The notes under the pieces are model-generated. The model made no database searches and was not told the DNA's origin. It saw only the letters and a program-made list of their open reading frames with translations. A program made the translations under genes and the position numbers. This document shows positions 57,595-64,000 of a DNA stretch of 64,000 bases, one piece after another. The stretch's first letter is position 1. Every line of letters starts with the position of its first letter. The DNA comes from a virus, in IMG/VR virus record IMGVR_UViG_3300008050_008852, positions 1 through 64,000 of that record; one strand, 5' to 3'.

Positions 57595-60120
57595 ATGGCT
57601 ATTAGAACACAAATTAGGCTTGATCAAGTATCAGGCTCATTGAACGATGGTGGATCCGAAGTTGGTTCCCAAATTCCATTCGCTGCTGACTCACTTCAAG
57701 GATCACTTGATAAACTTGCAGTAGCTGTAAGGGATATCCACGGAGCTGGTAGCTTCACAGGTGCCCCTAATGGAAAGATGTATCAGGATTTCCTTCCATC
57801 AGCTGACGGCAGCTTTGATCTTGGATCGAATCTTGCTGAGTGGCAAGATCTCTGGATTGATGGTACTGCAAATATTGATTCATTAGTTGCTGACACAGCT
57901 GATATCAACGGTGGTTCAATAGATGGTGCTATTATCGGTGGCGCCTCCACAGCCGCTGCTAGTGTCACCACACTCGACACCTCAGGTGTAGTGAATCTTA
58001 ACGACACAACTGAATCAACCTCTGCAACTTCTGGTGCTTTGATTGTTGATGGCGGTGTTGGTATTGCCAAGGACTTGTACGTCGGTATCGACCTCGATGT
58101 TGAAGGAACTGCGAATCTTGATATCGTTGATATCGATGGTGCTGTAGATATGGCATCAACACTTCAAGTAGATGGTGTTGGTACTTTTACAGCTCAATCT
58201 GTTCATACAGGCGGTATACAATCAGGCGGAGATATTCTTTCTGACACGGATAGCACAGATTCACTCGGTTCAACCGGCGTTAGATGGTTGAAGCTATGGG
58301 CTGATGATGTGGAAACCACTTCTGATGTTGTTGTTGGCGGAGAAATTAATGTTACCGGTACCTCAACGCAAGCTGTTATCAACGCTTCTGGTGTTGTTGC
58401 AATTACTGATGCTACTGCCGCCTCAAGTTCAACAACTGGTGCCCTAAAGGTCACCGGTGGCGTATCCACTCAGGCTGATCTTTGGGTCGGTGACGACCTC
58501 AATGTCGTTGGTGATACTGCTACTGTTGGTCTTACTGCAACTGGTACCTCAGCACAAGTTGCTATCAACGCTTCTGGTGTTGTTGCAATTACTGATGCTA
58601 CTGCCGCCTCAAGTTCAACAACTGGTGCCCTAAAGGTCACCGGTGGTATTTCTACTCAGGCTGATCTTTGGGTCGGTGACGACCTCAATGTCCTTGGTGA
58701 TGTAATAATTACTGGTGGTTTAGATGTTAATGGTACAACAACTACTATTGATTCAACAATTGTTTCAATTGGTGACACATTAATGGAACTGGCGTCAGGC
58801 AATGAAGCGAACGTAAAAGACCTTGGTTGGTATGCTAAGTATAATGACGGAACCTCCAAAAAGGCTGGTATGTACTATGATACCTCTGAAACGGAATTCC
58901 GCCTTGCAAAAGAACTCGGTACTGAAACAAACGGTGTTTTTGCTGCTCCAGGTGCGTATGGTACCCTTCGTGTACTTGATGCTCATGCTGAAGGTACTTT
59001 GGACGTAACTGGTGATGCTACATTCACTAGTGCTATTGATAGTAATGATGCCACTGATGCCTCAGATGCAACCGGTGCGACTGGAGCAATCCAGACTCTT
59101 GGTGGTGTTTCAATCGCTAAGAAATTGTATGTCGGTACTGATCTTGATGTTGATGGAACCACGAATCTTGATGCTGTTGATATTGATGGTAATGTGCAAG
59201 CTGACGGAACAATTACTGTTGGTGTAAACGATACTGGTTATGACGTTAAGTTCTTTGGCGATACCGCAGCAGCATACATGCTGTGGGATACATCGATTGA
59301 TGATCTCGTCCTCGCCGGTGCTGCTGGTCTTAATGTTGCTAGCAACGCTGTATTCCAATCAGACGTTCAGATTGATGGAAACATCGATGTCTCTGACTCT
59401 TCCTGCTCTGTGGCTCTGAAAGATGCTACTGCTGGTGCGTTAGTTATTGGTGAAGGCGGCACTGCATATATGACATTCAGCACAACTGATGGTAGTGAAG
59501 GGATTCGATCCTCAAAAAATCATCAATTCCTCGGTGTCATTGATGCTGACAGTACTTCAGATTTCCAGGGCGAAATGAACTTGCAAGCTGGAATTACCGT
59601 TGCCGGTGTCATTAATGCTGATGGATCGCTTGCTGCCGATGTTTCCACTTGGGACGTTGATGCATCCGGATTAATTAGCTTAAATTCCTCAGCTGGTCAG
59701 GTTAGGTTTAGAGACCAATATGCCGCTTCTTGGTCTAATGCCGCTGGTATTCCAATTGCTGATGCTACTTCCGATTGGGTAAACTATGAGTCCGCATACG
59801 GCGAAGTATCACTGCTTAATGCTATTGTGGCAGCCGGTGGTGGAGCTGGTACATTGCAGAAACGAACGTTAGAAGTAACAGGTTCAGGCTTCGTCTCTGG
59901 ACTCGTCGCGCCATTGGCACTTGATCTTGATGGTTTAGATTTTGATGGAGTAAATGAACGCGTTGATTTATATGTCAATGGTCAGCTTCTTCTTTCTTCA
60001 TCTGAGGTTGCCGGTAATGGAGACTATAGTCTTACAGAACCAGTCAACGCCGGTGCTGTAGGTGCTTCTTTCACGTTCGCCTTACTTGAAGATGATGTTA
60101 TTCAGGCTGTTGTTCGATAA
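57595..60120 (+). CDS. abundant virion fibre/decoration protein
   Basis: 841 aa acidic G/A/T/V/D-rich; S-x-T-x-GAL-x-V-x-GG(V/I) fibre repeats; strong TAAGGAG SD, T-ending codon bias, own terminator. Confidence 0.75.
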   Translation: MAIRTQIRLDQVSGSLNDGGSEVGSQIPFAADSLQGSLDKLAVAVRDIHGAGSFTGAPNGKMYQDFLPSADGSFDLGSNLAEWQDLWIDGTANIDSLVADTADINGGSIDGAIIGGASTAAASVTTLDTSGVVNLNDTTESTSATSGALIVDGGVGIAKDLYVGIDLDVEGTANLDIVDIDGAVDMASTLQVDGVGTFTAQSVHTGGIQSGGDILSDTDSTDSLGSTGVRWLKLWADDVETTSDVVVGGEINVTGTSTQAVINASGVVAITDATAASSSTTGALKVTGGVSTQADLWVGDDLNVVGDTATVGLTATGTSAQVAINASGVVAITDATAASSSTTGALKVTGGISTQADLWVGDDLNVLGDVIITGGLDVNGTTTTIDSTIVSIGDTLMELASGNEANVKDLGWYAKYNDGTSKKAGMYYDTSETEFRLAKELGTETNGVFAAPGAYGTLRVLDAHAEGTLDVTGDATFTSAIDSNDATDASDATGATGAIQTLGGVSIAKKLYVGTDLDVDGTTNLDAVDIDGNVQADGTITVGVNDTGYDVKFFGDTAAAYMLWDTSIDDLVLAGAAGLNVASNAVFQSDVQIDGNIDVSDSSCSVALKDATAGALVIGEGGTAYMTFSTTDGSEGIRSSKNHQFLGVIDADSTSDFQGEMNLQAGITVAGVINADGSLAADVSTWDVDASGLISLNSSAGQVRFRDQYAASWSNAAGIPIADATSDWVNYESAYGEVSLLNAIVAAGGGAGTLQKRTLEVTGSGFVSGLVAPLALDLDGLDFDGVNERVDLYVNGQLLLSSSEVAGNGDYSLTEPVNAGAVGASFTFALLEDDVIQAVVR
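58354..58692 (+). repeat. 186-bp period tandem duplication (58354-58506 and 58540-58692)
   Basis: long identical core ATCAACGCTTCTGGTGTTGTTGCAATTACTGATGCTACTGCCGCCTCAAGTTCAACAACTGGTGCCCTAAAGGTCACCGGTGG in both copies. Confidence 0.92.
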
Positions 60121-60154
60121 GTAACATAATATACGGTTATATTTTATAACTGTT

Positions 60155-60187
60155 GGAGACCCGATTTATTCGGGTCTCCTTTTTTTT
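60155..60187 (+). terminator. Rho-independent terminator
   Basis: GGAGACCCGA-TTTAT-TCGGGTCTCC 10-bp stem followed by T8; a weaker hairpin lies just upstream (60133-60153). Confidence 0.92.
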
Positions 60188-60240
60188 ACTTTTTTTTTCT
60201 TTACGATAAAATAAAACAGAAAATATTATGGAGTTTTTTG

Positions 60241-60783
60241 ATGGAAGAAAATGATAATTCGTCAAGTGCATTGATGGAGATTCAACAAATTATGGCTGAA
60301 TCTAAAAAACAATTTGAACTATTGAACGATTGTAATAAGCAACTTTTTAATATGGCAAATACTGTCGATGAATATGTCATACAAGTACTGCAAACTGTTG
60401 CAGAAAATGAAGACATTGCCAGTGTTAATGAAACATTGGCAAATTCATTACTACAAATTAAGAATTTTGTTTCATCTAGACCAAATGAGATTGGTCTTAC
60501 GAAATTGAAACTAGAACAGCGATTAGTGGCATATGAACAATGCATAGCTATTTTACATAAAGAGAGCTCTTCTACTGCAATTAATGAAAAAACAACAGAT
60601 TTTCAGGCAGAATCTGAAGAAGTGTTAACAACTGAAAAAAAAAATAGAATTGCTGAAAAAATTGATAAAGACGGAAAATATCCATCTCGCCGCCAAAAAG
60701 GTGTCAGGCCTGAAAAATTACGTGATATTAGGCGCGTCGAGGCTGAAATTGAAACCTCAAAGAATTTTAAGGAAGATATTTAA
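60241..60783 (+). CDS. hypothetical coiled-coil protein
   Basis: E/Q/K/L-rich helical sequence; GGAG SD; ORF track starts at TTG 60238. Confidence 0.65.
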   Translation: MEENDNSSSALMEIQQIMAESKKQFELLNDCNKQLFNMANTVDEYVIQVLQTVAENEDIASVNETLANSLLQIKNFVSSRPNEIGLTKLKLEQRLVAYEQCIAILHKESSSTAINEKTTDFQAESEEVLTTEKKNRIAEKIDKDGKYPSRRQKGVRPEKLRDIRRVEAEIETSKNFKEDI

Positions 60784-60799
60784 TTCCATGAGGTAGAAT

Positions 60800-61687
60800 A
60801 TGGCGGGTATTTTAGATCCAAAGGAGCGAGTGCTTGACACAATTATTACTCCAACTGGTCGATCACAAATTGCAACTGGCGAATTAAAGATAGAATATGC
60901 ATCATTTTCTGATCGACAAGTGTATTACACCGTTAAGTCGAATGGTGAAATTACTGATCCTGGTGATAGATTATTGTTTGAAGCATACGCAACTGATTCA
61001 GATGTTATAATTCAGGAAATTAGTGATAATGTAAGTCTGGCACCATTTAAGACAGATTCATTTGTTCTTAGGGATGGAAATATAATCTCCGGATCAGCAC
61101 AACAGAGAAATATTAGAGCGTTCGGTGATGCACTTGCTATTGATTCAATTGATAGCTTGAACCGACAGATGCTAATAGGCACAAGAAATTTATTAAAGAA
61201 TGTATTGAATGAAAATTTTGCAATAACACCTACTGATGCTACATTTTATTTAGATCAAATTGACACAACGTCATCTACAACCATCGCAACTGCAAGTTTA
61301 GATGATGTTGAATCTTTGTGGCAAGATTACAGAGTTACCAATACGCCAAATTACAAATTCCTTCCTCCTCAGGCAAATGGCGGTGATATGGGTACATTTA
61401 CAAAAATAAATCAAGATCCACCCACAACATTTGGTGCCATATTGTCTAATTTGGCCGGTTTACAATCACAGAAGTTTGTATTTTCAAACACTAGAACAAC
61501 AAATGATATACTTGGACAGGTTTTTGAAATAAGCAACGATAAATTAACAAAGCTTGTTATTATTGATGGTGGAACCTTCGAGGTTAACAACGCAGTTAAT
61601 CCTCACGTTTTTTATGCTGGTAAATTATATCGTGATTCACAACAGGTATTGACATTTGTTAATATATTTACGCTGGTATTTAGATAA
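60800..61687 (+). CDS. putative virion structural protein
   Basis: GAGG SD; N-terminal D-x-I-(I/L)-T-x-x-GR-x-x-(I/L)A-x-G pattern reminiscent of tail/baseplate attachment domains. Confidence 0.55.
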   Translation: MAGILDPKERVLDTIITPTGRSQIATGELKIEYASFSDRQVYYTVKSNGEITDPGDRLLFEAYATDSDVIIQEISDNVSLAPFKTDSFVLRDGNIISGSAQQRNIRAFGDALAIDSIDSLNRQMLIGTRNLLKNVLNENFAITPTDATFYLDQIDTTSSTTIATASLDDVESLWQDYRVTNTPNYKFLPPQANGGDMGTFTKINQDPPTTFGAILSNLAGLQSQKFVFSNTRTTNDILGQVFEISNDKLTKLVIIDGGTFEVNNAVNPHVFYAGKLYRDSQQVLTFVNIFTLVFR

Positions 61688-64000
61688 TGTTTGTTAAAGA
61701 ATTAACGTCTAATGCTGATTATTTTTTGGTTGATGATAATTTTGCATCTATAAACTATACTGGATCAACACTAGAATATACGTTTAGTGTTTATGCAAAA
61801 CTTATACAGGCGATGATATCTGGCCATGACACAATCAGAATAAGCTTAATTAAAAAAACTGAACCAAAAATTAAATATTTCGTTGGTTCATCCCCATCTG
61901 AAGTTGAAATATCAAATATTGGTTTTGTCAAAAACGTAAAGGATACTTTACAAAAAAATTTAGATGAGGCAACTATAAAAACTCAAGATATTGAAATAAG
62001 CAGTCTTTTGTCTGACGAAATTGTTGGTAAAATCGGTTCAGGTATTATAAATTCAACAAATTATTCTAACTTTTTACCAAAAATTGAACAAATTAATGTT
62101 CGCCAAACTAGGGCAAGGCAAAGAAACTTTGCTGGTTACGATGTAGATAATTTTGATGTATTAACAAAAAAAATATTTCAGAAGTTTGGTTTACATCCAG
62201 CACTAGTAGCATCAATTCCATTCCCGGCTTTGAAAATAAAGTCTAATAATGATGGTACCAAAAATTCTGTAAGTAATAAATCTCCAGTTAATTTTAAGGC
62301 CTTATTAAAAAATCAAGAATTTCGAGATTATTATGATACATTCTACTTAAAACAAGTTAATACAAACAACAATATACGTTTTATTAAAAAGAAAGCTGAA
62401 TATCAAAGGTTTAATACAAAGCTTTCGTTTGACTTGTCAGACACCCCCCTTGTAACATTAACATCTGCAGTAACTCTTTCGATTAGATTATCGTTATTAA
62501 AATCTGAAATTGAAACATCTAGTGACATATTTCGGTTTAGTAATATTGAGGCTCTTGAAGAAGCTACAGCCGGTGTTAAAAGTGTTGATGCCAATATTAT
62601 AACGACAGATTCAAAATTTGTGTTACCAGATAAAATTAGCGTTACAAATAATGAGAATTTTCCAATTGATGTCACAGCATTTGAATATACAATGGCTGAT
62701 TCATACTTTGACAAACAGCGACTCGATATCGTTACGTTGGCCCCTGGCGAAAATTATAATTTTAATAGTACAAAAATATTTTTCGATGCAGCAGAAACTA
62801 GAAGCTATATTTTAACATCAAATAAAACAATTCCTGGAATCAATGGCGTGTCTAATGTTTTAAAGGTCTTAACACCACCTGAAGCATCATCTCCACCTAA
62901 GCAAATAGATACATTTGATATTGCAATTAAACCTTCTGGTGGTACATCTACGTCGGCTGAAATAATTGTTTCTGGCCTTTCATCTAATGAATATACGGCT
63001 ACGATATATAAACGAAAAATTGGCTCATCTAAAGCAAAAATGTTAACTCGTGTTTCAATGGGTAAACAAGGGTTTACTGATAAAAAAATTCAACCAGGTG
63101 ATGTATATGTCTACACCGCGGATTTAGAATTTAATGGCGCCAAAGGTTATGCTCGAGCCTCAACCGGGTTAGTGTCATTAGATTCAGGTGGTTTAAATAG
63201 GGTTTCGTTTTCAATAACTGATAAAAGTTCTTCTGGCACTACAAATAGTCAAAGGCACAACTTTAAAATTGTAGAATCAATATCTTCAACTGCAGCTTCA
63301 AAATTACTTGAAGCAGCAACAGAATCAGCCCAGGCAGGTATATTTAGCTCTGAATTAGAAATAGCTAAAGTTGATACTAGTGTAATAACAAGTTATTCTG
63401 TTTATCGTATGGAAACAACAACTGGTGACATCGAATATCTTGGTCAAAGAACGGCTGGTAAAAAATTACGTTTTTCTGTAACAGGCCACAACGTTAAGAA
63501 TAATATATACGAGTACATTGTATTCCCTCGCGCAACCGCGGTCTCTTCTCTTTCATATACTACAGTTGTTGCAGACACCGATATATATACTGGCAATACA
63601 TACAATTATAGATATAAGAAATTTAGGGATAAAAATTTCCCTAGAGCAACATTACTTCCATCATATTCAGAAGTGCTAGAAAACGATTTAAATGCTGCTC
63701 TTCAAAATTTACCAGACGGCGCATCAGAGTCTGTAACTTTTAGTACATCTAGTAGACAAGGTCAGATTAGATCGCTTGATGCTGTGTCAAAAGAAAATCT
63801 CGACTGTACTTTTTTATCATGGCGCTATATTGGTGATTTATCTAGTGTATCACATTTTGTAATTTTTGCTAAATATAATAAGTATAAGGCACCCATTGGT
63901 ATCGCAATACCAGACGAGAATCAGAAACAATATTCGTATTGTGACGACAAATTAGGCGACGTCGAGGGTGGTGTGGCATATAGTATTTTGCCAATCTTAA
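61687..64000 (+). CDS. large putative structural protein, 3'-truncated by window edge (absent from ORF track)
   Basis: ATG 61687 overlaps upstream TAA; MFVKELTSNADYFLVDD... stays in frame to the end (...VEGGVAYSILPIL); FLSWRY...HFVIFA resembles an Fn3/Ig strand pattern. Confidence 0.75.
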   Translation, partial: MFVKELTSNADYFLVDDNFASINYTGSTLEYTFSVYAKLIQAMISGHDTIRISLIKKTEPKIKYFVGSSPSEVEISNIGFVKNVKDTLQKNLDEATIKTQDIEISSLLSDEIVGKIGSGIINSTNYSNFLPKIEQINVRQTRARQRNFAGYDVDNFDVLTKKIFQKFGLHPALVASIPFPALKIKSNNDGTKNSVSNKSPVNFKALLKNQEFRDYYDTFYLKQVNTNNNIRFIKKKAEYQRFNTKLSFDLSDTPLVTLTSAVTLSIRLSLLKSEIETSSDIFRFSNIEALEEATAGVKSVDANIITTDSKFVLPDKISVTNNENFPIDVTAFEYTMADSYFDKQRLDIVTLAPGENYNFNSTKIFFDAAETRSYILTSNKTIPGINGVSNVLKVLTPPEASSPPKQIDTFDIAIKPSGGTSTSAEIIVSGLSSNEYTATIYKRKIGSSKAKMLTRVSMGKQGFTDKKIQPGDVYVYTADLEFNGAKGYARASTGLVSLDSGGLNRVSFSITDKSSSGTTNSQRHNFKIVESISSTAASKLLEAATESAQAGIFSSELEIAKVDTSVITSYSVYRMETTTGDIEYLGQRTAGKKLRFSVTGHNVKNNIYEYIVFPRATAVSSLSYTTVVADTDIYTGNTYNYRYKKFRDKNFPRATLLPSYSEVLENDLNAALQNLPDGASESVTFSTSSRQGQIRSLDAVSKENLDCTFLSWRYIGDLSSVSHFVIFAKYNKYKAPIGIAIPDENQKQYSYCDDKLGDVEGGVAYSILPIL

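Noticed and set aside
48255-60120. Diversity-generating retroelement suggested by repeats in fibre genes
   Set aside because: No reverse transcriptase seen; both copies of each repeat are coding and differences are mainly synonymous rather than adenine-specific.
524-62815. Many short minus-strand and out-of-frame ORFs in the ORF track (e.g. 6730-7245, 34511-34957, 48179-48751)
   Set aside because: They shadow well-supported + strand genes and show no motifs; only 2034-2282 is accepted.
1-64000. Stop-codon reassignment as seen in some jumbo phages
   Set aside because: Genes are full length and tightly packed in the standard code; TAA, TAG and TGA all terminate genes.
1-64000. tRNA, rRNA, introns, inteins or insertion sequences
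   Set aside because: Intergenic gaps are short with no cloverleaf; no transposase, homing endonuclease or intein motif recognised by eye.
1-64000. Window-wide TCTAGA enrichment
   Set aside because: Frequent by eye but close to what AT-rich composition predicts, apart from the 7940-8145 cluster.

Overview
AT-rich segment of a very large tailed (myovirus-type, 'jumbo') bacteriophage genome, with almost all genes on the + strand and standard genetic code. It has four parts. (1) 1-4.2 kb: accessory genes (MazG-like pyrophosphohydrolase, amidinotransferase/arginine-dihydrolase-like enzyme, stand-alone sigma region-4 protein, PIN-PhoH). (2) 4.2-8.1 kb: a repeat-built fibre gene followed by a palindrome/GATC-rich, origin-like intergenic stretch. 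(3) 8.2-30.8 kb: a ~22 kb glycan cluster (ADP-heptose, GDP-mannose, dTDP-glucose and UDP-glucuronate enzymes, about 8 glycosyltransferases, 5 predicted methyltransferases, sulfotransferase, aminotransferase) with no recognisable export or lipid-carrier genes. (4) 31-64 kb: gp55-like late sigma factor, baseplate genes (spike, gp25, gp6-like, gp7-like) and giant modular fibre proteins. The strongest lead is a [S/T]-G-S tripeptide that saturates unrelated outer virion proteins but is nearly absent from the enzymes and from the gp25/gp6-like wedge proteins. Together with the export-less sugar cluster this suggests a phage-encoded, sequon-directed virion O-glycosylation (possibly heptosylation) system. 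All product calls come from motif recognition by eye; no database search was run.
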